Part shown: positions 17,370 to 27,548 of the stretch, piece after piece | How the letters are laid out: each line of letters opens with the position of its first letter | Position numbering within the stretch: position 1 is the first letter of the stretch | DNA from: a virus | Virus record (IMG/VR): IMGVR_UViG_3300035698_010959 | DNA: 64,000 nt | Direction: 5' to 3' (one strand) | Translations under genes and position numbers: made by a program | Notes under the pieces: generated by a model | Told to the model about the DNA's origin: nothing | The model's database searches: none | What the model saw: only the letters and a program-made list of their open reading frames with translations

Positions 17370-20300
17370 TTATCCATATAAATTTAAAGTTTCTGCGATT
17401 TCTTTCATTCTATTTTGTCTTACATTCATTGCTATATTTATGTTGTCTGATGAGGCATTGGCATCTGGAACTGAGTTTACCCTAATTCGTAGATTTTTTA
17501 TACCATTTCCTGATAGTAAATTGTTTAAAGTTTTTTGAATATGTGAAGATGAACCATGTACTGTTGGTAGTTGTACTTCATTTGTATTATGTTCTGCTTC
17601 AACTACAACCTGTGGATAGAAACCATAGTCAAGAGGGTCTGTATGTTCTTGTACTGTAGTTCTTGCTTTAAGTTGTTCTAAGTCTACTTCTGGTGACCAT
17701 CCTTTCCAGGATTCACCTGGAAGTGTGTGTACTTTAAAGTAATCACCGAGTAGTTTTCTTTTTGGTATATCTTCTTCTTCAATACCAAGGTGTATTCCAA
17801 GTAGCCTTTGTTCGTAATCTGGGAGAAGTCTATAGGCTTTTTTTCTTTCTTCTGGTGTTGATCCTGTTATCAATCCATTTATTATTTCTCGTTCATACTT
17901 TGGGAGTGCTCTAAATATATTCATGTATGGTCCGCCAGGATCGGCTCCATACATTGTTGATCTATATTTTTGTTGATATAATACTGCTTGTGTTGCTAGT
18001 GGTCCAAGTGCTACTGTCTCGGATCTACTTTGTAGTTCTTGTATTTCTGCTCTGATAGCCAACTCTTCTTTTGATCCACGTTCATTAGCTAATAGGTGTT
18101 TTCTTCTTTTATCCTCTAGCTCTCTAATCTTTTCTTTTCTCCACTGTCCAAGATTACGAGCCCGATCATCTATTTCTTCTACGTCTGTTCCTTCTTCATC
18201 ATTAGCTAGTTTAGCAGTTGCTTCATATAGTCTTCTATATTTTATATACTCTAAGGTATCATAATATTCTTCTACATCTCTTCTCTTTTGTGTTCTATTT
18301 GGTATCCAAGGCTCTCCTGTTAGTGCTTCTTGTCCTTGTCGAAGTATTGAAAGTCCAGCTCCTATTGCTGCTCCAGCAAGCGCTGCTTTGCCTCTCATCT
18401 TTTTTGTTCTCATAAATAGAGAGGAAAATACTCCCGCTCCTACTGCTGCGCCTATTGCTCCTTTAGCTACATATGACTGTATTGTTGGTTCAATGTAAGA
18501 ACTATAAGCAGACTCCCAGCGTCCATATTTTTTTCCATAAACTTGACTTCTTACATATTCTTCATAAGGAGATCTGATTTTAAGAAATTTTGAATTGAGC
18601 ATTGTATCAGCATGAGATATTGTCTCATAGCGTGCTCCAGCAGTTATTTCTTTTTCAGTAAATCGAGCATATATACCAGCAGCAGACCATTCTTCTTTTT
18701 CTATTCCAACTCCAGTTTGTATTAGATCAGCATTAATGTTTCTATTGTGTGCCATGACAACAGCATGCTGTGTTCCAAGTACATCGTCAGCATATCTATC
18801 TTCTGGATCTTTATTTACTAAAGCTGTTACTTTTGTACCTTTGCGAATACCGTACTGACGATATAATACTTCAGCTGGAGATAGGTTTTCATTTTCTCCA
18901 TACTCATCTGTAATTCTTTGATTAGAAGCCCTTACTCCAGCAAGACGCAGTGGATGTTCAGATTCTCTAACCTGTAGTGTATTGGCATCCATTATGTTAC
19001 TGACTGTATATGTCTGTTCTTCTACATTTGCGTTTTTAAATCTATATGGAAATAAATCAAGCCGTTTCTTTTGTGCTCCAGCTCTTTTCTTAGCAGCCTG
19101 AAATCTATCTCTTTGATCTTCTGTTAGTTGGTCATCATGTGGTAGATATCCCTTTAGTTGTTTATATTCCTGTGAATATGGCGAATTATGTGTTGCATAC
19201 CCTAATACACAAAAAGAATTATCGTCCTCTATTGTCCAGTTATATACCTCTCCAGAGTAGGGCTGCTTTTCTGTTTTTATTACTTTACTTACTAAATAGT
19301 TACCATCTATCCATGCTTGTCGCCTTCTATTTTCAGGCCGTACATAGCTTGGAGCTTTTCCAGTTACCCATGTAACAAAGTCATATGCTACAGTACCAAA
19401 CATCCTAACTCTATAAATTTGTCGTCTATCTTGTTTAGGAAAGTATGACTTTCTTGTGGTAAATTGGACACTTGCTACAAATCCGTTTTGTAGAAGCATA
19501 TCTCTAATGCCTAAAGCAAGTTTAAGGCTAATAGTAGTCATTTCGGCTTGTAGTTGATGCCCAGTTTTACAATCATTGTGTTTGGATGCACATAAACAAC
19601 CATCACCTGCAAAGTAACTAGATAGTAATTGACGTTGGAGTTCCGAATCTAGATTAAAAGCCCATTGTGGTAATTGTTTTGTTGCGGAACGTTGTCCAAA
19701 TATATTACAAAATAATTTTCCTATTGTTTGATTAGTTACACATACATACCTTGAATTACTTTCTGGTTTTGTAAATATTTTTGGAGTAGTTTCACAAATA
19801 TCTGCAAAGTAATCTTTTAGAAAATTTGCTGTTTCTATCTCATTTATGTTAAGGCTAAATATTAAACCTTTTGGTTGATGAGTTTTAGTTGATCTACCAT
19901 TAGATGAGCCTTCTGCAAGATATACGCCAGCTGCTTTAGCAAATCTAGCATCTACTAGAAGTTGGGATATACAAAATGTATTACATCCTTGTCGTTTGGG
20001 ATGTAGCCAAGTATCTTCACGTAGTGTATAACTATCTGGTAATATATCTTTAATATTTAAGAAATTAGGTGGTGTTTCTTTTTTAGGAATTGGATACAAT
20101 ACTACATCATTGGACCTAATATCTCCTAATGCAACCCAGTCTGCTGTATCTATAGGATAGCAATATCTATTAAATTCGTTTTCATCAGATATAATATTAT
20201 CATTGTTGGCGTTATATTGTGGTATATTTTTAGCATTGCTTGGGGCTTTAATTGTGTAAATCGGATGTTCTGGAGTTGCTAATAATGGGTGTGCTGGTAT

Positions 20301-23300
20301 GAATGCAACATTTAGTTTTATGAGATGTGGACTATAGTGGCGTATAGCACAACGAGTGACAGCTTTAGAATCTCCTTTATGGGAAATAACTCTATCACCA
20401 ACTTTAACATCTTTTGCTAGTTTTACTGAGCCATCTGATGTGCGTATATACGTAAGTGGATGTACACACGTATCTGCCAGGATCTCAAATCTTGTTGTCA
20501 TATCATATAGATCTGCTCTTGATACCTCGCCGGAGTCAATCATTTCTCTAACTTTTGATCGTGCTTCTTCTACTTTCTGGAATAGATTAGATACTCTTCT
20601 TTTTGAATATCCTACATGTTCTATTCTTGTTTGTTCTGGATTGTCTCTATTCATATAGAATAGCAATCCTCTGTGTATTCCAGATTCATTCATGTAGAAG
20701 TTTAACTGATCTAAGTGACTTGCGAATATTTCTCCAGAATTAAATCTTTTATCTGACATAGATTTAATTTCTGTTACATATTTTTTACCATCTAAGTTTA
20801 ATAACGCATCCATATGTCCAGAGATACCTAACTCTGGATTATAAAGTTCTACTTCTTCATCTTCTAATATACCAAGTTTTTTCCATTTGTTTTGGTATTT
20901 TTTGTGTATTTGAGTTCCTTCATCCATTATGTTTTCCATATAAGCAGAGTTGGCTTCTTTTATGTTTACCATTTCTGCTACTAACTCATTTACACTTTTA
21001 CCAAGAGAGGATGCTCGTGTTCTCATTAAAGGCATATTATGTATGCGTTCATATGCACTTCCAGGTAGTCTTACTTCCCCCGCCGCTCGTAATTTTGTAT
21101 ACATGTCTCCTGTTTGGAAATTCGTGAAATAATTAGACCCAGGTAGCCATGTTTCTTCAAAAGCGTTTGGTACTGTATTGTATTCCTCTACCTGTCTAAA
21201 TCTGTGAGGCATAAATCTTCTACCTATCTCGGAGTTATGTACAATCATACCAATTGTACAGAAACTTGGATCTCCATCCATAGTAAAGTCATATACTAAT
21301 CCTTCATAAGCTGTTGGATAGTTTTCTTTTACTTTGAAATAGATAAAATTAGCGTCTCTCCAGGAAAGCCCTTCATTGTTTGAGTTATCTGGTTGATAAT
21401 TACCAAAATGTAATAAGCCTAATTGATCTCTTAAATTTCTTGCGTCATTTCCATTTAAAGTTACACAAAATTGTGGCTTTGTTTTATATCTTTTTTTTGT
21501 AATGTCATTAATAAAGAATCTTCGTTTTCTATTTTTTATAGATAAACTTGGAGTATATCCTAACATTATTAAGATATTAAATATTTGTAACGCCAGTTTA
21601 TATGCTACAATAGATATTCGTAGATCTGTTTTATTTGTTCTATCAGACCTACAATGCCCATCTCCACGAAATAGTCCTTCTAATATTCCTAATAAAAATT
21701 CTTTTGGTGTATTTAATAGTTCTGAAGGAATACGTTTATCATTCTTTGCTCCAAAGGCAGCAAATATGAATTCGGCAAGAACTCTATTACATACCCTTGT
21801 ATACCAGTATCCTTCTTTTGTTGTTGCTGCTGTAGTATTTAATCCTAAAGAGTTTGCAAAATCTTTACAGAATGTGGCATAAGATTCTTCATCTCTATCA
21901 TAGGCAAAATGAATTTCATAAAGTCTTCCTTTATCTCTATTACCAAAACTTCCCTCTGCTAACCATAGTCCTAAAAACTTTCCTAAGTCTTTTGTTAATA
22001 GTAGTTCTTTTGGAAAGGATACTGCTGCGTTTTTACAATTATCAAAGGCAAATCTGTTATCAAAATCTGTTATAGAAGATAGTCCTATAGTAGTTACTAT
22101 ATTTAATTTAGTTAGTATATTACTTTGTTTGGGTATTGGATATGCTATATAATCTCCTTTCTTTATGTATTTTGCTGCTATCCATTCTGGAGTATAGTGT
22201 TGATGATAGTTAAATTCACAGGATTGGAATTTATTACAGTGTGGAATACAAGATGAATTCTTTTTTCTTCCATCTTTATGTTCACAATATTCTGTACTTA
22301 TTGCGAATACTGGATGTTCACTTGTGGCACTAAGAGGAAATCCACCACAGTATGTTTCTATACAGCGTATGTCTTCATTAATATGTCGGCTATGTACTGC
22401 TAATACTTCTTGTGGTATTCCATATCTGGATAGTAGTGTGGTTCCAGTTGTAATATCTTTTACTTCTATTGGTGTACCAAAGTCTTGTTGTAGTAACATA
22501 TTTGGAGTAAGACAAAGAAAACCTCCTAATCCTCCAAGCTCCGCTTCCCAGTATTTACGTTCATAACTGTATGCTCTTGAAGCATCAGCCATTACTGTTC
22601 CAGTTCTATCTCCAAGAGGAATACCTGCCATCCATCCATAGAGTCCCATCATTTCTCGCGTTAGATAACTACCTAATTCTGCGTTACCTATGTAATCAAC
22701 ATCTTCTAGTTGTTCTGCTGTAAATGCTTTTTCTTGTCCATAGATATCTTGTAGGCGTGCTGGTATATTAGATGAACCTTGTGATTTAAGTTCTCTATTT
22801 ATTTTTTCAAGTTGTTTACGTATTACACGCCTTGCTCCACCTATTGTTCTTTTACTCCATGGATCTGACATACCTGGTGGAAGTTCAGATAGTGCTACTT
22901 GTCCTGCTGAGGTTAGAGTAGCAAGAGAACCTTCAGTCAATATCATTGGACTAGCAGAGTAGTCTGCTAGGGTTTCACTTCCTTTTCCACCTCTAATTGG
23001 TTGGTTCCATTTTCCTCCACCTGCTTTTGCTTCATGCTTAGTAGCTTCATTTAGTGCTCTTAATTGTTTTTTAGATTGTGTTTCTTCTAAGTTTTCTGGC
23101 AGATAATCTGGGTGTAATACTCTTCTCGGTTTTATTATCTTTCCTATTGTTGCGTTTAGTATTGGACCCCATAGTGTTTCACGAGTAAAAGGCTCACCCG
23201 AAAAAATGTATGGCCGATCTGGATTTGGGCCTACAGAATGTTTGTGCTCAAAAGCGTACGGATCTAATAGCCTATTGATAGTACTGAGTGGGTATCGAGG

Positions 23301-26180
23301 TGTAGGGATAGCAGATCGACTCCAATAATCTTTATTGTTATAATCTACATTCTCAGCGCCTTGCCATTCGGAGTTTGCCAGTTGGTAAGGATCTGGCATA
23401 AAGTAAGATACTCTATCTCCATAAAATGCCGATCTTGAGCCAAATAACCAGAACCTTCCTTTTCGTATAGGAACATAGCCACTATCTAATTGCTTTGCCA
23501 TGTCTGCTTTGTTTAATCCAGACATGTAGTATTTAGATCCTGGATGTAGTTCTGCGAATTTTTCCCAATCGTTAAGACCAGCCCACTGTAGTTTAAGGTT
23601 GGCTCTTATGTTTGCTATGCCCTCTTCTGGCCGTGCTCCTATTAAGTTTTCACTTTCATAGTTTATATATTTCCATGCTTCAACTGCTGCTACACCAGGT
23701 AGTATTCGTTGAACAACTAATCCACGTATTATGTCTGCTCCACTTCCAAGGTTCTCTGGATTTAATCCTAATCCAAATGGAGTTAGTGCTTCATTTAATC
23801 GTGTAGCAAAGAAGTAAGGTTTTAGACTGGTTCGTGTTATACTTCCAGAATCTGCACCTTGTACAAATGTACTTGCGTATTGTTTTGTAAAATCTGATCC
23901 AGCAAATTGCTTTATCATGTCCTGGAATGATCCACCAGATTTGGTAATATCATTAAGTGTTTTAATTAGTCCAGCATGTTGTTTTACTAATAGGCGTTGT
24001 GGGCCTTCATATACTTGAGGAGGAGTATGTATATCAAGAAGACCTAAGAAGTTATTCATTACATATTCTGAGGTTTCTTTTATTGAGGATGACTCTACTT
24101 TTTTAGTTAATAGATCTCTGGCTGCCTCTGCTCCTTGTACTTCTAATACGCTTCTTATTTGAGAACCATAGACTGCTGCTTTTGCTAATTCTAATTCTTG
24201 TTCTTCTAAGCCAAATCTTGCTTGTGTAAGTTTTGTTATAAGAGGCGTAGTTATACCTAACTCTGTTGGATTTGCATATCGTATGGCATATTCATCTATG
24301 AGAGCTTCTCTCATCAGGTCTATGCCGTGTTTAGATTCTGGAGCACCAAGAAGCCTATCCATAAGCGGTGATTTGCTTGTTACTCTTTGTGTTCTATCAA
24401 GAACTTCATTTGGACTTACACTAAAGTCCTCTAATAATATTGATAGTTTTTTAGAAGAAGCCTTTAGGCCATATGACCTATTCTGTTGGAAGAATTTTAC
24501 TATATCAGCATCATTCTCTATGTTCTGTAAAACACTCGCAACCTCTGGAGCATTAGGAAACATTCCTGTTTGAAGTGTTTTTCTTACATTCTGTGGAGAT
24601 ATTTTTCCTACTTTTTGTAAGAGAGTAGCTACTGTTCTTATGTCTTTTTCCATTGTAGCAGCAGGCGCTGTTGGATTCTTATATATTCGTTCTAGTGCTC
24701 CTGCTGGATAGCTTTTAGCTATTCTTGCTAGTTCTGAGTTTTCTGGAAACTTAGAAGGATCCGCAAACTTAGTAAAGATAGATCTTGCTTGTCTAAATAC
24801 AGAGTCTGTTGGTTGTCTTCCTGTAGAAAAGAAATTTTGTAACTTCTCTATAATTGTATTTCCACCTGTACCAAATCCAGCTAGATCTAATAATTTTCCT
24901 GATCCACTTCGAGTAATTCTATCTTTTTTTGCTGCTTTACTGGCTAATAGGTTACGCATTAAATGCTCACCAAGGCCATAGTCAGCATGTAGTGCGGTTA
25001 TATTGTCTACAGCATCTGATATTACATTATCTATAGCTAGTGAGTCACCAAAGCGCATTCCAACAGCAGTATTACCTACTAAAGATATGTCTTGGTTTCC
25101 TGAGAATAGTCCTTTTATTAGTGCTTGTTTACCAAGAGTGTTACTTTTTATAAGAGTATGTCCAAGTTTAACTTCACCTGTTAACCAAGGAAATAATCTA
25201 AATGGGCTGAATCCTCCAACAAAAGGTATAAGTGGTATTTCTACGTTTTCATTTAACCAACTTATACCTTTTCCTATTAACTTAGATGCTCCTCTAAGAT
25301 CTGTTACTTGTTTTCCATTAACTGTCCATAGTTCTCCAAGAACTGCTTTGTTTATTACATCTGTATCAGCTTGTTTTCCTAGAGTGTGTGCTAAGGTTTT
25401 ACTTGTTTTTTCTGCTTGCTCTATAACTTCGGCTGTAAAATTAGCTCTATTAGTTAAAACATTACCTACTGTAACGCGCTTAGCACCAAATACTTTTTCT
25501 GCTATTGCGTCTGTCCAACTACTATGTTGCCCTAAAGCAATGTTTGTATATTTTTCTGAAGATGCTGTTCTTTTTGTTAGAGCACGTGCTAGTAGTCTTT
25601 GATGTTCTTCTTTTGCTCTTGCTACTTGAGCTTGTAATGAAGATGCTCTTGGATCAGTTGGAAGTCCAAATGAGTTGTCAAATAGATGATCATTTGAAAG
25701 TCTTTTTCTAGCCGCTAGAAGATCTGCGGATATTTCATCTACACCTTTTCCTGTGCCTTCAAATGATGATCTAAGCCCAGAATAGGTATCATCCATCAGG
25801 TTTTTTGGAAGAGGATCACCAGGAGATATCCATGTTTTTATTCTACTATATGGAGCAACTCCACCCTCATATCCAAATAGATTATCTACTTGTGGGTTAA
25901 CCCAACCAGCATCTCCAAGATATCCTCGTAATCGTTGTTCTCCTACTTGCATTCGTGCTCTACTTGGTATTGTTTCATTTATAGCACGACCTACATCATC
26001 TGCAAAACGTGTTAGAGCAAACCTTGCTTCTGTTCTTTCTGCTGTTGCTAGACGAGCAGCTATAGTCTCTGCACCACGTAGTGCAAAGGCTGCTATTTTC
26101 TTTCTACCAAGTATTGCAGCAGTAGCTGCACCTACTCCAAGTATTTTCCATCTTGTATTTTGGTTTTCGTATGTATTCAT
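17370..26180 (-). CDS. Giant 2,936-aa protein at the tape-measure position (about 2,081 aa after splicing) with two inteins, a Cas4/AddB-like PD-(D/E)XK nuclease, an SNase-like fold and glycine-zipper/TM segments
   Basis: Follows sheath, tubes and chaperones. Nuclease motifs RASSLG, EGTQIH, ISGHMDALL, TEIKS, QLNFYM. SNase-like IMDANTLQV..LRLAGV..NINADLIQTG. GAIGAAVGAG/AALAGAAIGAGL zipper. Confidence 0.85.
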   Translation of the reverse strand: MNTYENQNTRWKILGVGAATAAILGRKKIAAFALRGAETIAARLATAERTEARFALTRFADDVGRAINETIPSRARMQVGEQRLRGYLGDAGWVNPQVDNLFGYEGGVAPYSRIKTWISPGDPLPKNLMDDTYSGLRSSFEGTGKGVDEISADLLAARKRLSNDHLFDNSFGLPTDPRASSLQAQVARAKEEHQRLLARALTKRTASSEKYTNIALGQHSSWTDAIAEKVFGAKRVTVGNVLTNRANFTAEVIEQAEKTSKTLAHTLGKQADTDVINKAVLGELWTVNGKQVTDLRGASKLIGKGISWLNENVEIPLIPFVGGFSPFRLFPWLTGEVKLGHTLIKSNTLGKQALIKGLFSGNQDISLVGNTAVGMRFGDSLAIDNVISDAVDNITALHADYGLGEHLMRNLLASKAAKKDRITRSGSGKLLDLAGFGTGGNTIIEKLQNFFSTGRQPTDSVFRQARSIFTKFADPSKFPENSELARIAKSYPAGALERIYKNPTAPAATMEKDIRTVATLLQKVGKISPQNVRKTLQTGMFPNAPEVASVLQNIENDADIVKFFQQNRSYGLKASSKKLSILLEDFSVSPNEVLDRTQRVTSKSPLMDRLLGAPESKHGIDLMREALIDEYAIRYANPTELGITTPLITKLTQARFGLEEQELELAKAAVYGSQIRSVLEVQGAEAARDLLTKKVESSSIKETSEYVMNNFLGLLDIHTPPQVYEGPQRLLVKQHAGLIKTLNDITKSGGSFQDMIKQFAGSDFTKQYASTFVQGADSGSITRTSLKPYFFATRLNEALTPFGLGLNPENLGSGADIIRGLVVQRILPGVAAVEAWKYINYESENLIGARPEEGIANIRANLKLQWAGLNDWEKFAELHPGSKYYMSGLNKADMAKQLDSGYVPIRKGRFWLFGSRSAFYGDRVSYFMPDPYQLANSEWQGAENVDYNNKDYWSRSAIPTPRYPLSTINRLLDPYAFEHKHSVGPNPDRPYIFSGEPFTRETLWGPILNATIGKIIKPRRVLHPDYLPENLEETQSKKQLRALNEATKHEAKAGGGKWNQPIRGGKGSETLADYSASPMILTEGSLATLTSAGQVALSELPPGMSDPWSKRTIGGARRVIRKQLEKINRELKSQGSSNIPARLQDIYGQEKAFTAEQLEDVDYIGNAELGSYLTREMMGLYGWMAGIPLGDRTGTVMADASRAYSYERKYWEAELGGLGGFLCLTPNMLLQQDFGTPIEVKDITTGTTLLSRYGIPQEVLAVHSRHINEDIRCIETYCGGFPLSATSEHPVFAISTEYCEHKDGRKKNSSCIPHCNKFQSCEFNYHQHYTPEWIAAKYIKKGDYIAYPIPKQSNILTKLNIVTTIGLSSITDFDNRFAFDNCKNAAVSFPKELLLTKDLGKFLGLWLAEGSFGNRDKGRLYEIHFAYDRDEESYATFCKDFANSLGLNTTAATTKEGYWYTRVCNRVLAEFIFAAFGAKNDKRIPSELLNTPKEFLLGILEGLFRGDGHCRSDRTNKTDLRISIVAYKLALQIFNILIMLGYTPSLSIKNRKRRFFINDITKKRYKTKPQFCVTLNGNDARNLRDQLGLLHFGNYQPDNSNNEGLSWRDANFIYFKVKENYPTAYEGLVYDFTMDGDPSFCTIGMIVHNSEIGRRFMPHRFRQVEEYNTVPNAFEETWLPGSNYFTNFQTGDMYTKLRAAGEVRLPGSAYERIHNMPLMRTRASSLGKSVNELVAEMVNIKEANSAYMENIMDEGTQIHKKYQNKWKKLGILEDEEVELYNPELGISGHMDALLNLDGKKYVTEIKSMSDKRFNSGEIFASHLDQLNFYMNESGIHRGLLFYMNRDNPEQTRIEHVGYSKRRVSNLFQKVEEARSKVREMIDSGEVSRADLYDMTTRFEILADTCVHPLTYIRTSDGSVKLAKDVKVGDRVISHKGDSKAVTRCAIRHYSPHLIKLNVAFIPAHPLLATPEHPIYTIKAPSNAKNIPQYNANNDNIISDENEFNRYCYPIDTADWVALGDIRSNDVVLYPIPKKETPPNFLNIKDILPDSYTLREDTWLHPKRQGCNTFCISQLLVDARFAKAAGVYLAEGSSNGRSTKTHQPKGLIFSLNINEIETANFLKDYFADICETTPKIFTKPESNSRYVCVTNQTIGKLFCNIFGQRSATKQLPQWAFNLDSELQRQLLSSYFAGDGCLCASKHNDCKTGHQLQAEMTTISLKLALGIRDMLLQNGFVASVQFTTRKSYFPKQDRRQIYRVRMFGTVAYDFVTWVTGKAPSYVRPENRRRQAWIDGNYLVSKVIKTEKQPYSGEVYNWTIEDDNSFCVLGYATHNSPYSQEYKQLKGYLPHDDQLTEDQRDRFQAAKKRAGAQKKRLDLFPYRFKNANVEEQTYTVSNIMDANTLQVRESEHPLRLAGVRASNQRITDEYGENENLSPAEVLYRQYGIRKGTKVTALVNKDPEDRYADDVLGTQHAVVMAHNRNINADLIQTGVGIEKEEWSAAGIYARFTEKEITAGARYETISHADTMLNSKFLKIRSPYEEYVRSQVYGKKYGRWESAYSSYIEPTIQSYVAKGAIGAAVGAGVFSSLFMRTKKMRGKAALAGAAIGAGLSILRQGQEALTGEPWIPNRTQKRRDVEEYYDTLEYIKYRRLYEATAKLANDEEGTDVEEIDDRARNLGQWRKEKIRELEDKRRKHLLANERGSKEELAIRAEIQELQSRSETVALGPLATQAVLYQQKYRSTMYGADPGGPYMNIFRALPKYEREIINGLITGSTPEERKKAYRLLPDYEQRLLGIHLGIEEEDIPKRKLLGDYFKVHTLPGESWKGWSPEVDLEQLKARTTVQEHTDPLDYGFYPQVVVEAEHNTNEVQLPTVHGSSSHIQKTLNNLLSGNGIKNLRIRVNSVPDANASSDNINIAMNVRQNRMKEIAETLNLYG
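19185..20468 (-). mobile_element. Intein (428 aa) with LAGLIDADG endonuclease
   Basis: ADT|CVHPLTYI ... ATPEHP ... GVYLAEG ... SYFAGDG ... YATHN|SPY. Confidence 0.92.
21234..22514 (-). mobile_element. Intein (427 aa) with LAGLIDADG endonuclease
   Basis: GFL|CLTPNMLL ... ATSEHP ... GLWLAEG ... GLFRGDG ... MIVHN|SEI. Confidence 0.92.
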
Positions 26181-26209
26181 ATAAGGTGTAGAAGTAAAAA
26201 AGGAACCCT

Positions 26210-26833
26210 CTATCTTTTAAAGCTGAAGGTTCCTTCTGTTTCAATGTGAGATGCTGCCTTGTTAATACCGTGTTCTTGAGGCTGCAGTGAGGATGGATTA
26301 TTTATATTTGTTTGCTGTTGTGGTATTTGTGGCTTTTCAGTTTGTACTTTTGTATCTTCTGATGTATCTAAAAACCCAGACGTATCTATGCCATAAAGTC
26401 CTGCTGCTATTAATTGCGATTTTGCAGCTAATTTGTGCCATCGTTTTGGAGACATATTATCTAACTCAATATCTGTAATAGTTGGATGACAGAATGTTAT
26501 AAGAGCATCAAATCGGGAGTCTTGTGTTTTTACCCAATTTGCTGCTTCTTGCTCTAGTGCTCTTACAGAATCTTCTGATAAGAAACCACTAGCATTTAGT
26601 ATAGCTTGTGCTAACATAGAGGGTATACCAGCAAGACATTCATCCCATCCAGCAAATGTATCTGGTATGGATATGGTACATTGTTTACATATTAGATCTT
26701 CGAACTCAACAGAATTACCAGCTGCTTGGTTTTGAGCCCGTCGTAGTTCTCCTCTACTGATTAATCTATATGAGAAGACTTCATCCAATATAGTTATTGT
26801 ATAGATATCTTCATATTCATTTAGATCTAACAT
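26210..26833 (-). CDS. Putative tail assembly chaperone
   Basis: Lies between the tube genes and the tape-measure-position gene; shares the DIY...F..R.I...AGIPS.L...I...SGF domain with the adjacent gene. Confidence 0.6.
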   Translation of the reverse strand: MLDLNEYEDIYTITILDEVFSYRLISRGELRRAQNQAAGNSVEFEDLICKQCTISIPDTFAGWDECLAGIPSMLAQAILNASGFLSEDSVRALEQEAANWVKTQDSRFDALITFCHPTITDIELDNMSPKRWHKLAAKSQLIAAGLYGIDTSGFLDTSEDTKVQTEKPQIPQQQTNINNPSSLQPQEHGINKAASHIETEGTFSFKR

Positions 26834-26842
26834 GACTATGTT

Positions 26843-27535
26843 TTACAGTTTTTCTACATCTGGTTGGGCTGTATATCCAGATATGCTAAGAACAAATTCT
26901 GTAATTGTTTCACATAGTCCGGCTGGTTCTTTATTCCAATCTATTTTTTTAGGCCATATTACGGCTCTGTCTGCTACTAATAAGTTTCTAAGTTCTTGGT
27001 CATTACTTTCTTGAGATTTTGTAACAGCAGCTCTCCATTCTTGTCGTGTTATTGGTCTTACCATAAAAGTAAAACTATCTAATTTTAGTGACCATAAATC
27101 TAAAGGACATTCTTTTTTTAATTTTTCTATTTCTTCTGGAGTTGGGTCTGGTCTTGGTGCTGCTTTAGCAACTGAATCTATTTGTACAGACATTGCATCT
27201 GGAAGTTCTGGTACAACAAATCCACTTTTACCACGTATATACATAGATAGAGTAGATGGAATTCCTGCAGGTAGTACTGACCATCCACCTTTACCAAAGT
27301 CTGGTCTTGGACCAATAAGCCCACAGTCTACTACCTTATCATCAAAGTCTGCTTGTGATAGATTTGGATTATCATTTACTAAACGTACAACTGTATCCCA
27401 GTCATCTTTATATAGAGGCCGTATAATAAAGTCTGTATCTGCTACACCTACTTTATATATATCTCCATATTGTTTTTTTAGTTCATCTATGTTTGGCTGA
27501 CTGTAATCGAATTCTGATAATGCTTCGTGATTCAT
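26843..27535 (-). CDS. Putative tail assembly chaperone with an internally duplicated domain
   Basis: IDELKKQ..FIIRPL..DW..PAGIPST..SGF is repeated as IEKLKKE..FMVRPI..EW..PAGLCET..SGY. Confidence 0.6.
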   Translation of the reverse strand: MNHEALSEFDYSQPNIDELKKQYGDIYKVGVADTDFIIRPLYKDDWDTVVRLVNDNPNLSQADFDDKVVDCGLIGPRPDFGKGGWSVLPAGIPSTLSMYIRGKSGFVVPELPDAMSVQIDSVAKAAPRPDPTPEEIEKLKKECPLDLWSLKLDSFTFMVRPITRQEWRAAVTKSQESNDQELRNLLVADRAVIWPKKIDWNKEPAGLCETITEFVLSISGYTAQPDVEKL

Positions 27536-27548
27536 GTTGAGTTCCTCC

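Noticed and set aside
26210-27535. Programmed -1 frameshift between the tail chaperone genes
   Set aside because: The two ORFs are separate, each with its own ATG, and I found no convincing slippery heptamer near the end of the first.
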